Assembly (NCBI RefSeq): GCF_009834535.1
Contig: NC_045707.1
Span: 46,564,001-46,628,000, forward strand
Length of the DNA: 64,000 nucleotides
Source: Camelus ferus
Taxonomy: Eukaryota
Reading direction: 5' to 3'
The position numbers and the translations under genes are program-made. Below are positions 23,651 to 37,500 of the stretch, piece by piece. How positions within the stretch are numbered: position 1 is the stretch's first letter; each line of letters opens with the position of its first letter. The notes beneath the pieces are model-generated. The model worked only from the letters and a program-made list of their open reading frames with translations, had not been told where the DNA came from and did not search any database.

Positions 23651-26600
23651 AACCCCCCCCCCCCCCCCGTAGCCAAGTGCCACCTGTGCTTTTTACAGTA
23701 ATACTTGGAGGTCATTCTCAGCAGGTGAGACTGAGAAGTTCCCCAAGTTAATTGTTCCAGCCTACCTACCCTCCCAGCCCAGCCTTCTAATCTTAGAGCC
23801 AGGTCTCCTTATTTCCCGAGACTCTCTGTCTCATCTTTTCCCACTTCTCTCCTTTGGACTCTCTGAGGTCTCACCAACTTGCCCAGGGGGCAAATACCAG
23901 CTGGGTAGCCCCCAAAGCCACCAAGAATTTCTGGAACACGATGAACGTCTGAATCATTGCACACTTGGGGGCTCCCAGAGGATGCTCAAATGCCTTCCAG
24001 CATCCTGGGGCAGCTGACAGCACCATCACCCTTACCATCTGGCAGGTGATCCAGAGGGGTGCATGAGGGGGATCTTGAGGAACTGTCTGCACCCTTAGGA
24101 AATGATCTGTCCCCTCCCAGGCTATTCCCAGGCCAGAGGCCCCAGGGAGTGCACCTGGTAACAACTCCTTTCTTCCTTCTCCTCCCACTTCCCCAATTCT
24201 ACATGGAAATCTGGTTGGGGGGGGTGCATGGGCACCCCTTCCAGATCCTGAGCCCTCCTTAAGGAGCAGCTGTTGCAGGTGTTAAATTTCTACAACAGTG
24301 CTCCAAGTTGTCCCCAGTGCTGAAGGACAGGGCAGGAGAAGGAGCTCTGGAAGGTGAAGGAAAGGAGGGTGAGGCGAAGCAGCAGAAGAGAAATGGGTGT
24401 TTCAGCCCTAGACATGCCGTTAAAGGCTCATAGCATTCCAGCAGTGGCTCTCACATTCTGAATTCAGAGTGGTCATCTCTTCACTCATAATTTCCTTGTT
24501 TGAAATTGGGTAACATTATTTTTGCCTGCCAGTGGGCAGCAAAGGCTTTCCCATGAGCTGTAGGTAGCTCTTTTTGCTGTGGTGACGGCAGTTAGGGTGC
24601 TGGTGAGAAGGAGGAAGGGAACAGCCCAGAGCTACCAGGTGATGTGAATCAGATCTTAGGCAAAGCAAATAAGGTGCTCGCTCTGCTCCAAAATCGTCAG
24701 GCCTTACTCCCCTGTTCCCTACCCACCTGAAAGGTTTTTAAGAATTTTTGCATTGCTGGAAATGGAAAAAGTAGCATCTAAGATACATCTGTAGAAGCTC
24801 ACAGAACCCTTCACAGCATTGTAGGAGATCTATGTGCCCTTACTTCGACAATGTTCCCTGTGAATGATGAAGAGACACAATGATCTTCGCTGCGTCATGA
24901 GCCGGCTGTGGCAGTGTTGTTATGTGCTGAGAAGCAACAGTTCAATTCCATTCAGGAGATAGTTTTACTTCATTGGTGACCAAGTAATTTCTGTAAGTCC
25001 TGTAGAGTTGCTACAATCAGGAGCAGGCCATCTTGGGAGCTATTTGGATTAAACATACTCTGTGGTGCGGCATTTTGATTACTACTCAATTCATTGCTGC
25101 CTCATTTTGAAAAAGCAACATCTTTAAAAATACTACCAGCAAGAAGCCTAAGTGGCTTTGATGGCTACAGTTTCATGCCATTCGACTGGGACCATAAGCC
25201 TCGCTCTGGAGAGCAGGCTTCTTTTTTCTCCCATTTAATTGTGTGCAAGCTCCTACGGTGAAAGAAATCAGAATCTGTGCCTATTTTTTGGCATGAAAAA
25301 TGTAGGAGACTAGGAAGCATTTTAATGCGTTCCTTGCTGATTCTACCCCGTTTTGTACAAACACAGTTGCCCCTTTCCAATTTTCCTGTGTACTAAAGCT
25401 CCACCTTCAGGACACAAGTTCACATTTGAAAACTGGGAAACATGAACAACCAAAATAAATATTTAGGCATGTGGATTCCGTATGTCTCTGATCACTTTCT
25501 CTTGGACACCGCTGTCCGGCCAAGGGTACAAGTCCTGTTAGTGACAGAGCTCCCCTCTCCAACCAACAGAGCCTGTCCCGTTGGGTGTCAGGCGTTACAC
25601 ATTCAGAACTCCTTGTAACACAACTGGCTGAAACCCAAAAAAAAGAAGATGGTGCAGATTTATCCTCTAGACAGAGGCCTGCTACCACGGAAACAGGCAG
25701 TTCAGACTGATTCCGAGCAGTTTTTATTTGTAGCATTTACTAGATGGGAAAGTCTTCATAATGAGAAAATATCAACCCCCTCAGGCACCAAAGGCAATCT
25801 GGGTTAACCAGACCATCCACAATCAGACTCATTTCTGCCGGACAGGACTTTATAGATTCAGTGGTTTCCTGCTGAGACTCAGGACATAAGAACTGTTTGG
25901 TAGGCAATTGGTCACAGTCACAAGATAGCAATCATTGGTGCTTCAGTCTGCTTTCTCACTTAAAAAAATATATCTGACAGTGGTCTATAGGGATGTCTGG
26001 GCAGGCAGAGATGGAAAGCAACTAACAATCTCAGTTTTGGCAGCCAATGAATTCTCCTTGAACCTTGTTTACGTGGCTGCAACCCTCTGGGCAGCATTTG
26101 AGAAACACCACCTAGTGGGTCGAACAGTTCCAGCGTCGTCTCTCTAGGATGTAAGACAGGCCACTTCCTGCTCCCCAGCTTTGCTCAAATCTATGTGGCC
26201 TTCCACACTGAGGCCCTTATCAAAAGCTCCCAGCCCCTTTTGGTGACTGACAGGAAAAAGAAATGAGCCAGCCTCCTTTCTAGTCTGCTGATTAGTAGAT
26301 GGTTGAAAGCAGATAAGATGAAGAGCCATTTAATAAGTCTGAATTGATGCTGACAGATGAGTTGAATGCAGTTCGGTCAACATGGAAAGTCAGTCAGCGG
26401 CAGCACAGTTAACATGTGGCTAAAGTAACATGGTGCCTGGTCGTTCTGTTCACCCAGCATGGCCCCCGACAACTGTTGCGCATTCTTATGCTTGGTGACA
26501 GTGCCCAGGCCTCTGGTTACAGTGATGACGGCTCAGTGGTGTTCCTTCAGTAGGTGGAATTTGCTTTCACCCCCAGTATTACGGTTGTCCTCTTTGACAT

Positions 26601-29600
26601 CATGATGTCCTTATGGTCATTCACCAGCAGAGTTATAATTGTAGAGAATGGATTGAATATACCAGGAAATAATTCTTTTCTCAAGGTTCAATGACTGCCT
26701 TTAAGCTAAAGAAGGATCTTCACTCAGCTTTAGGGATGGGTGGGCTATTGCCTATGAAAAGGATGTAAAATGTCAGATGTTCTTAAGAGACTGTGGTGTC
26801 TAGGACATCACCCTGGCACCCCAGTACCTCACTTCTCATGTAGTGTAGTCAGTTTCATGAAGTTTCTCTTGTGCCCTTTCTCTAAAACATTCACCAAAAC
26901 CATCAGTGGTTAAAAGTCTGAGACCATTACTGGCTGAAACCAAAATATGGTAACTTATCAGCCATCAATGTTTTTCCAGACCAGTTGGAGTTCACCCTGC
27001 ATGAAGTACACAAAATCATCAGTTAATTATTTCCTCAGATCTGGGGGATCTCTGTAACTTGGTGAGCAGTCTCTTGGTCACCAGCTTTTCTTTGATTTTC
27101 ACAAGATTCAGGTCTACCCTAGCTTATATTTTCCTTGCTGCTCTTTTGAAATATAGAGCCAAAAGGGCATCAGGAACTAGACACAAAATGCTGATTCCTC
27201 TTTAATACGGTGTCTTTTCCCGTGTCTCTGTTCTGCCATTACAGCTCTGAGGCTTCCTGTCAGTGTAATCCTAGGCCCTGAATCCTTTGATAACTGGCAG
27301 CTTGGCATAAACCCATTCAAAGCGAAAAGCTGCCAGAAACCAGGCCCTCGTATTAATAATAACTTGAATTCTTGAAACGAAGAGCAGAAGATAAGATAAA
27401 CACGCAGATAATTCACAGTCACTCATACTTCCGCTTCCTTGAGATTCTGACAGGGAGATGCTCTGAGCTGGCGATAAAGTTGCTGGACTTGGCAGTAAGT
27501 GGTCTGCTGCTTGCCACCGAGCTGGCACCCCCTTCTCATTTTCATGCCCTTGCCACTCCCTAGAAAATATTTTCACCAAGGTGGAGAAGAAGCAACTGGC
27601 ATCAGCTCTGAGCTTGGGTTGTTGCTGTTGGGAAGCTCAGCAGCATGTGGTCCCCATGGCGAGTGCAACCCCGCTCATCACCCAGCGTGGGGAAGGCAGT
27701 GGGAGTATGGAGGTCCAAACAGCATCTCCTGGACACTTCCGCCTCATGCACAGAATCCCAAGTGCAAATCTAATGGAAGACCGAGCGGTTACCTCTTCTT
27801 TCTGCCCCTTCTCTAATCCTCCCTTTTTGTTTCGTCTTCCCCATCTGTGCTGAATTCTTCTCTACAGACCATCTCCCCACTCTTCTCTATCCTGTTCTAT
27901 ACCCAGAAGTTTGATATTTACGGACATATCCTTCACCTTTTGGCTTCTGGATGGATTCAGCTGATGCGAGTTCCCAGCAAAAGGCCTAGGGGTAGATGGC
28001 CAGGGTGATGCCCAGATATTTTTTCTCCCAGCTGACCTGTGCATTGGCCTTGGGTGTGTCCTTCACGAAGGCCACAGATCCTGTGGGCAGCCCTGTCTCA
28101 CAGCTGCAGCTATAGTCCCAGACTTCCTGGGTTATAACCATCCCTCACTCTACTCCTCAGGCTTGGGGGGGGGCAGTGCCTCCTTCTGTCCCTAGTCCTC
28201 GCTGGTATCCCTTCATCCTGCCCACATCTCCGCCACAGTCCCCTCACTGACATACCTGTTTGCGTGAATCACCTGTTTCCCGCCAGAACCGAAACTGATG
28301 AACCAATCTCCCTCCAAGCATGGATGGAGAAGTGACCTAGAGCAATAGTTAAACCTGTGCTTTCTGTCTGTCCACTGGTGGAACACATGGAACACTGCTG
28401 GGCACAACAGAACTGCTGGTCTTTCTCTCCCAATGTTTAGTTCCCCTAAATCTGGACATAGAAAAAGCCCTTTTTTCTTCCCTTTTGCACAGGGTTTCCT
28501 GCACTAAGTTCAACCTGGTGATACAGACAAATGGAAACCTGACTGGATAGGATTAGACATATTTTTTTCCCAGCTAAGTCATAAAACCAAGAGCTTTGCC
28601 TTAAAATAAACCGGGAGCTACTGGGGGCTAAGGGTTCAAAAGGTGGCGGCGGGGAGGGGCAGGGGTAGTTATAATCTCTAAAACACTGCTGAATGTTTGA
28701 AGCATATTTTCAAATAAGACATGAAACTGAACATATGGCCTTTTTCCTTTTTAGACATTTCTCCTTACGTCTGAACTTGAGTAGTCCCTTCAACAGAGTT
28801 GAGAAATTCCATTTTTATTCATTATCACCAAAACAGGATTATTAAGAGACTGCCATCCTTCCTCACCCCCATCCCACCCCTGCTAATATTTAAAGCTAAA
28901 TCGGATCGTCTTGGTTCCACCATGGCTCAAGGACAGGTGACACACAGTGTTTTCTGTAGTAGAAATAGAAACCATCTTGAGTTCTAAAGTCTGTACTTTT
29001 TTAGAGGGTACTTTATTTTTACCCCACTGTGACTTCTGTGCTTTAATCATCTGAACCAGCCAATTTGAAACCAGACTCCCCTCATTTATTGGACATTCTT
29101 AATGGTGATTAAATATTTACGCTGTCAGGAGCCTTTTTTTCCCCCACCATGAAAGCTGCAATTTGGAACAGTCAGGACGTTTAATTGTGAGGAAAGACAT
29201 ACTTACATTCAGAGTCAAAATAGTCAAAGATGCATTTCTCAGTGTCTTTGATTGGGGGGAGGGGTGGGGTGTTGGTGATAGGATACGTGTGTGATCCTAG
29301 CAAACTGGATTTCCTGCTTACTGAGGATGGGAGACAGAGCTGTTTCTGAGGCCACTTAGCTGAACTGGGCTGAATCAAGGCCCCCTTGTGGATGTAGGAC
29401 CACCGGAAGCCCACCCACTAGGACCCAGAGCTCATGGACCTGGGCTCTCACATGCCTAACTATGGAGTAGTTGTGGCTTGTAGTCCCAGCTCTCAGAATC
29501 CCTTTATGCGCCCACCTGCCCCCTCCTTGGTAGTACATCTAGCCTCTTCAGCCCCTTGGGTAGTCCAATATAATGATTAAGTGCTTGGGCTACAGCGTGG

Positions 29601-32139
29601 GCCACTATGAAGGGTGATCTCTGCACAAGGACATCCAGCCAAGGGAGAAGAGGAATGGAAATCCAGCCTGCCGTCTGCTCACCAAGCCCTGGACCACAGC
29701 ATGGGGTTGGGTGTGCCCCAGGGAAGAGATGCCTCTTCTTCATACAAAGATTCTGTAAGGCTATGGTAGCCGAGTCAGGCCTAGGTCCCAGACCCAGGGC
29801 CACCACTCCATAACTATGCAGCCTTGGGCTCTCCGAGCCTCAGCATCCTCACTGTAGACGTCCCTTTTAAGGAATGGTATATTCTTTAAACAAGCCAGGC
29901 CCTTTCATGCCTACATGCCTTTGCATATGCTGTACTTTTCATCTAAAACATCTTTTCCCTTTTCTCTAGCTTGCAAACTCTTATTCATCCTTCAAGACCC
30001 AGTTTAGAAGCCACTTTCTCCTAGAAGTCTTTCTTGAAGAAGCTTTTGAATAGACTATGAGCTTTTTTTTAAAAAAAAATTAAAATAGAAATCAAGTTCT
30101 AATTCATCTTTGTGCCCCTAGGAACTAGCACAGGGACTGGTATATAGTAAATGTTCATTCATTTATTCCAAAATGGTAATGATATCCCTTTCTTGCCGTG
30201 CTCCCTTCTACCATGTACTCAAACTTGCCTGTTGAATTTGTTTAAGTGAACTGATTTCTCTACTTGGTTAAGAATTCTCACCCTGAACTTGAATAGCACA
30301 TTATTTGCCAGTCTATGAAGGCACTGAAATCTTGCAATTTGCATAATACACCATACATTAGTTCTATTCTATTGTAGATTTCTTGAGGTCAGGGATCGTG
30401 TCTTATTGTATATCTCCATAATTCCCTTTATGCCTCAAATTTTTGTTTGTGTATTTGCTCATTCCTTTAACAAATGCTTTCTGAAAACCTACCATGTGCT
30501 AAATGTGTGTTGGGGCCTGGGGATGTGGTGGTGAGCTACACCGATGGTTCCATCCCCCGCAGCTTACTGGGCCTCAGTGTTCAACAAACATCAGTTAAAC
30601 TGCACTCTAAAGACTAAACTTCTGGGGGTCTTTCTTTGGGGTGTCCACAGCCCCAGTTACAATGACTTAACCTAGCATATGCACAATACATATTTACCAA
30701 TTTGTGAATTTATTATCTCTGTAGAGACAGGGAACACAAAAGGAGAAAAGTAATATCCAGCCACAAAAAAAAAAATATATTATTGACAATATGGAGAAGC
30801 AACCACTGAATGCAAGTCTGAGCATTGCATTTGGATTATCTGTTAATTTACAGCGTCTTTCCAGCTTTGTTTGAAAATGGCTTTGTGTTGAAAAGGAAAG
30901 AGTCTTATACTGTAATTATATTAGACAAGCTTATAATAATTATAATAATTACCAACTGAGTGCCAACAATACTTTAAGGACTCCACTGAGCATTAAGATC
31001 ACACTAGTGTCTAACAGGTATTTAAAATTAAGCTCTTTAAAATTGAAAGGGCACAGATCCCGCATCTTCTCTTTTTAATATGCTAAGATTCTAACAAGTA
31101 AAAACTCTCCTTTTCATGGTTGAAACTTCTGTTTATAATAAAAACTTTTCATCCAAGATGGTTAGTGGAACCCTTCTAAATCCAGTGAGATTTAAACAAC
31201 TGATTCTCTTTAACATACCTTGGATGATATTTTCTCATCTCTCTCATCATTTGAAAAATATGACAACATGCTGGATCTCTCAGCCCTTACAGAATGGAGA
31301 ACACACCCATCAACAGACAAGCAAGTTTTCATGGGTGTATTCATTCCATTATGCTTATAAAAAGCCAAGTTTTGATGCGCACTAGGATTCCCCCTAGTGG
31401 ATATAAAAGGTACTTGCCAAGAAAAAAATAAACATTCACTACCTGAGGGGAGTTGATGGGTGGTGTGGTTTACAAGCTTTCTTTCATTCCTTCCTAGCAT
31501 CTGTTCCCCAAAGTTGGGAGTATGTCACCCATTAATAAAGATTTGATTAGCACTCCTCTTTCTATATAGCGTCTGTAAGTAATTAAGGTGTCTGCCTGCA
31601 GGCTTGCAAATGCAGCATGAAATTACAGTCAGCCTTGGAACAGAGCAATAACACAAACATTCTTTAAAACAACAACAGCTGATTTCCGTAAGACTCCCCC
31701 AATCACATTCTCAACTGTAACTATTTTGGTCCAAATTGATATGGTGCCTTCATCCAAACCATGAAAAAGGCTGGCTCTTTTCAGAGATTCTATTAATAAC
31801 TATGTCAGTGCTGGCCAGCTACTTTAAAAAATGTGCTTTTCTATATTGCCCAAATCAGATTTTCTGAGTGTCAGTCTTTGTTATGTCTTTTGAAAAATAC
31901 CAGCTACTTACCCTGTGGAATGTTTATGAATTCACTCCATACACACTTGTTGACTATAGGCATAGCACTAGCTATCAGAGGGGGAAGGAGGAAGCAGATA
32001 TGAATAAGACACATTTCTCAGCTTCCAAAAAGCTGATAATCTACTCTGTGTCAATTTTCCGTCTCCTTTACTGGTCCCCTTCTTCTGCCTCTTCTACCTA
32101 TCTCTTTAAGTGTTGAAGTGCAGGGGATCTTGGTAACTA

Positions 32140-32600
32140 TACTTACCCGCCCTGAAAGGCTTACCATTGCTGTTCTTCTGGTAATAGAACCTGTCCCTGC
32201 ATCCCGCCCCCAACCAGACTGAACACATGACCTAGGTCTAGCCAATTCAAGTACCCCATATCTGGCACTTGTGTTGGGCTAAGGATAGGTCATGTGACCC
32301 AAACAAAGCCAATCAGAGTTCTTTCCCGGGATTGTTACATGGATGGTGGGAGAAAAAAAGTCTTTTACTGGGGTGGCTAATCTGGTGCTACCAGTGACTT
32401 TGTTCTTCACCCAGTAGAAAAGTCCTGTCTGAAATAAGAGGCAATGAAGCAAACATTCAAAGAAAAGCAGAGATGAGACAGATAATCTCTCCCTCTCCCT
32501 CCCCCTTCCCTCCCCCAAAGATTGATTGAGGCCCACCAGGACTGAGTCATTGGTCTTGGTCCTTTGATTTAAGCTGGTTTGGGTTGAGCTTCTATCCTTT
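32140..32600 (+). mobile_element. ERVL-type LTR remnant (LTR16/LTR33-like)
   Basis: ggtcatgtgacccaaacaaagccaatcagag motif and 3' tttaagctggtttgggttgagcttct. Confidence 0.5.
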
Positions 32601-34019
32601 TCTCTGTCTCTGGCCCTCTCTTATCCCAGTTCTGTTCTCCCTGGTCAGTATCACCAATGCCCACGGGCTTCCACTATCACTTACCTGCTAAAGGCTCGAA
32701 AATCTACACCAGAGTGATCTCTTGAGCATTAGATCTAAATGCATAAATGCCTACTGGTCATCTCCTTTGGACATTCTACATGCATCTCAAACCAACTTCC
32801 AAACCTTTTCTCCACATAGTCTTAGTTTCAATGGATGACACTACTGTCCACTCAGGTTCTCAAAAGCTGGAAGTCATCTGGATATTTCTCACCCTCCCTG
32901 TATCTAATCAGCTAGCAAGTCCACTGATTTTCATCTCAGGATTTCTCACTTCCCAGATCCCTCTGTTTTCTCATCCCTCCTCCTTAGTGCAGTCCCTCAT
33001 CGTGTCACACCTGGGCCATATTAGGTGAGACTGGTATTCCTGGACCCAGGCTCACCATCCACCCTCTCCCATCCAGCTTTTGAACTGCCTTCTCATTTTC
33101 TTCTAAGATGGAAAGTTGATCAGATTTCTTACTGTTAAAAATCTTTCAATGCCTTCCTATTGTTTTCCAGTCTTTTTATGTCATGGCTCCAACAGGCTCC
33201 ACTCTGCTTGGATCCACCCTCCTAGACCCACACAAGGCCACCTGCTGCTGGAAGTGATCAGTCTGAGGGCTCTGGGTGCCAGGGTCTACCCAGCAGTCCC
33301 AGGCGCTGAAAGGGCAGGGGAGTATCTCAACATACCCTATGGAATACTGTAGGGAAAGCTCTGGCTTAGAAATTACTGCATACACTTCATACCTTGATAT
33401 GTAAGGTCCTTGACTGTCTTTGCAACACTATGTTCCCTTGCCTTCATATGCACATGGAACTCTGCTCTGGGCTGAGCTAATTGGAAAGGAGTTATGCAGG
33501 GCCAGTAAACCTCAATTCGAAGCATCTGTTGGCACTGGTTGATATGCCTAGGGGCTTTCATTTAGTTTTGTTCTGTTTAAAGGAGGAGGTTGAAGCTAGG
33601 CTTCTCTGGAAAGACAAAAGTAGATGAAAACACTATGCTTCCTCAGACAATCCCATTAGAGAGGAGGGGTAGCCAGGAGCTGGAAGGTGCACTTTGACCG
33701 AAGGCTTATGACAGTCAAGGTACTCACACCATCTTGGGGTCTAGTGACAGACTGAATCACAGAGTCAGAGAGAAGGGCTTTCTCCCCAGCTTTGCGGAGA
33801 GTATTGTTTCAGCATTGGGGGATACAGAGTAGCAGGGAGGAAGCCACATTCAAAGGTGTTCCCCTGGGGTGTCCCTAGAGTGACTGGAGAGATTGAAGGA
33901 GAAAGGAGTTGAGACTAGAGTGATGCAGGTCAGGGATAATAAGCCAGTCAAGCCCAGGGGTATTCGTCAAGTGATCTCATTAGCACCCACTGGGGAGACC
34001 TGTGAAAAAGTTTATAGAA

Positions 34020-34530
34020 GCTATGTAAATCAGTTATCGTGTATTTAGTTACAAGGAAAAAATCTAAATACTTGTAGAATAGATAAATAGGGATTAACTT
34101 TTTCCTACACAAGGAGTCCAGTTGCCAGGACTGGTTGCTATTCAGTGTTACTATCAAAGAGCCCCCCAGGCTCTTACTATCTTTCTGCTGTCGCAAGATA
34201 GCTGTCACAGCCACAAGTATCAGAACAGCTTTCTAGACAAGGAGAAAGCTAGATTTCTCCTAGCAAGACTCTGTCTTTCTATGTCCAAATGCAGGACCCT
34301 GAGCCAACTGCCCCTAATATCTCATTGGCCAGAATGTGGTTACGTGCCCATTCTGGACCAATCACTGGCAAAGAGAAAAGGAATGCCTATGTTTGGCACC
34401 AGATGGGCTCATGAGCCTGGGTCTGGAGGAGGAGCTTACCTTCCTTGAGCTAATCCCAGATACAAAACTAAGGTTCTATTAGGGAGGAAGGAGGGAAGTG
34501 GGGGAAATGGGTGTTGGATAGGTAAAGACT
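34020..34530 (-). mobile_element. MaLR LTR (MLT1-type)
   Basis: ctcattggccagaatgtggttacgtgcccattctggaccaatcactggcaag motif. Confidence 0.6.
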
Positions 34531-37500
34531 GCTGCTCCAATACTGAAGGATTTGTGGTTCTCCATTCCTGGAAAGTCTCCACCTCCCTATTCCCATTGGC
34601 TAAAGTCCTACTCATCCTTTGGGTCCTCGCTCTCGCATCTTCTCTGACTTCTATTCACCAGAATTGACTACCCACTGCTTGGTGTCACCAACACACCTGG
34701 TTCATACCCCATCTTTGCTCTCGTTACACTCCATTGCAACATTTGTCTGGTGTCCCTATGGCCCTAGACTCCTTGGGGGAAGTAGTTATATTCATCTTTG
34801 TGTCTAGTGTCTAGCATGATGCCTGGCATATAGTAAATGTTGAGTATTTGTGGAATAGATTTTGCATAAACACATCCAAGATAGAAAATAATCATGTTTG
34901 CACCAGCATCTTCAAGCATGAAGGCCCATTAAATATGCACAGTCGACAGCTATTCAATTCAACCACACCTATTTACGGCGGGTCTATTGTCTGCCAAGCA
35001 CCAGAGGCAACCCAAGAGAATGGTAATACAGGATCCGTGAACTCAAAGCGCTTATGCACAGCAAAGATAACAATACAAAATAGCATCTGATAAGCGTCTC
35101 ATTATTGCTACAGGAGTGCAGTGGCAGGGGGAGACGGAGCACACTGGGACAGGGATGGCATGGTAATTAAAATCCACAGGTAATCCAGAAGTCTTAATTT
35201 AATCAAGGCTTTCAACCTCTGCCCATCCACAACTTCTTAGTGATGTAGGAAAATTGTCAGACTTGAATGTCATTTCCCCTCGGTGCCCTGCCTATCTGTC
35301 TGTGCACCTGTGACCTACAGTAAAAGAACCACATGGTAAACAGTCAAAGAGGAAACCAGGGAGAAAAGGGGGCTTTGGTAATTCACAGCTCAGTCAGCTC
35401 TGGAATAGCTGAAAGCTAATGCAATTTTAAGAGATTTGAAGATCAAATGATTCAGTACTTCACAATTGTACTGCACTTGAGGTTTTTGTTAAGGTGCGTT
35501 ATTGGAAAAGAGGTTCACGCGAAAAGCACGGTGAAATCCACTAAATGATTAATTTTATAGGCCCCTTGCTGCAAGGAAGCTGTGTTTTTGCAGTGGGGCA
35601 ATACCGAAACCACCTAGAGCAAGGAGGACAATGCTTAGAGTCTCTTAAGGGGCTGCTAACATTTTTTTGTGTGTCGGGGTTGGGTAGGGTCGTGATGGAA
35701 GGGCATGGACTTCTTTGATAGTCTACTGAAGTCTACTGACTCTTCTCAGAATATTTTTAAATTTTAAAACTTTTAAAAAAAATTAAAAGAAGTAAAATAC
35801 ATAGAAGTCAACTCTGTTGAAATAGTTACAAGATCATAAAATCATGACATGGTAACAGAGGTGCTTTTTTAGTAAAAGAGTAAATAACAAGCTCTAGCAG
35901 CACCTCTATATTTAAAGTCTGAGGTAGGGATAAGTATGAATCAAGGTATGGGCAGCAATTGTCATGTGATTTGAAAAGATCTGTGAGTTCTCCTGGTGAC
36001 CAAGTCACAGATGCTGCTATCACCATTCCAATTTGTTGCCTACCTTTGTCATGGGAGGAAACAGTAAATTTCAGTTGGAGAAAATGAAGATGTAATTTTG
36101 TTTTCCCATCCAAATTCACAGACTCCGGTGAGAAACTGCTGTTCTGAGGTCCCTCTTCCACATGGTGACCAAGTTGAGAACCAGAGTCAGCGTGTGTTTT
36201 CCTGCCATCGATGCACACAGGTCTAGGATGGCATTTCCCTAGTCAAGTAATTACATTATAATTTGTATTCTACTCCTTAAAAAAAAATTAGGTTCTTAGG
36301 TAGATAGATTTAAAACAGGAAGAGAGAAAGGGCCCTTGGAGGATGCTGGTTGGAAAAGACTTTTATTAAATTTATTCCTATTAGCTCTCCTTGGAATGTG
36401 ATCCTCTAGCACTGGTGCTGTGTTTTCTGCTGATTTAGTAGTTGCTGGGTTCCTTACAGCCTCTTGTAGTATTCTTGCCTCATCAGATGTGGACATTTCA
36501 GATACAGACAATGATTCAGGAAGCAGAAATTCACGCTCTCTGCCTAGAGAAGCAGTTGGACACCTCACTGCATGAAGTCACTCTTTCAAAATGGATGAGG
36601 GACAAGGCTAGGTCCCTCTGGAAGAGGAATTTTGTGCCCATTAAAATACAAATGAGGAACTTCTGTAATTTTTCATCTTTTTTTTTTTCAAATACAAAGC
36701 TGTAATCATAATTGACCAGGCCAATTGCCTAGGGGCTGGTGCACAGTTCCCCTTTCCTGTTTATTTTAAGTACTTACCTAAACACGAAGAGGAGGGGGTA
36801 GCACAAAGGGAAGTGTCCTAATACTGATGGGAAGGGTGAACCGCTGTTTTATTGTTGCAAAAATTAAGTTCCTTTTCAGCTTAGAAATAAGCACACCAGG
36901 CACCAAATCTCCTTCAACAATTATTGTTTTGTTTAGAAAGTGTGTCTTCAAAGATGAGCTTCCATACTTGTAAATTTTTTTAAAAAAGGTAAAAATCTAT
37001 TTGATGGTAAATCTGTATCTAAATGGTAGGTAAGTAAGAAAAAAACTAGGTGATTGTGGGGGGAAAAATCTATTCTCAGACAAATCAGATTTATAAGGGC
37101 AACAAATTCCAAAATATGGACTCATTAACGCTTCACATTGAAAAGGCTCTTGGCCAGTGACATGCTTATTATTTAAAAAATAAACACGTGGCATAAGGTA
37201 AAAAACACACCTGCTGGGCGGTTGTCTACTACTGTAGGTCACATTGTTCCCAATCCACAGGCATGGAATTAACCACGTCTTCATCTGCACTGGTATTTCA
37301 GTTTATCTAAGACAAGCAGAGCATAGATCGTATCCTATTACAGCCATTTGTGTGTGTTTCTTTCCTCGACTTTGAATTTCTGGATCTGGTCTTGGCATCT
37401 CTAGGGTCTTGCCATAAACATTCACTGAACTGAATGGAATTCAAGGAGGTGTTGCTGCCAAGGGAGGATACAGCAAACAATTTGTCTGTAAAACCTGATC

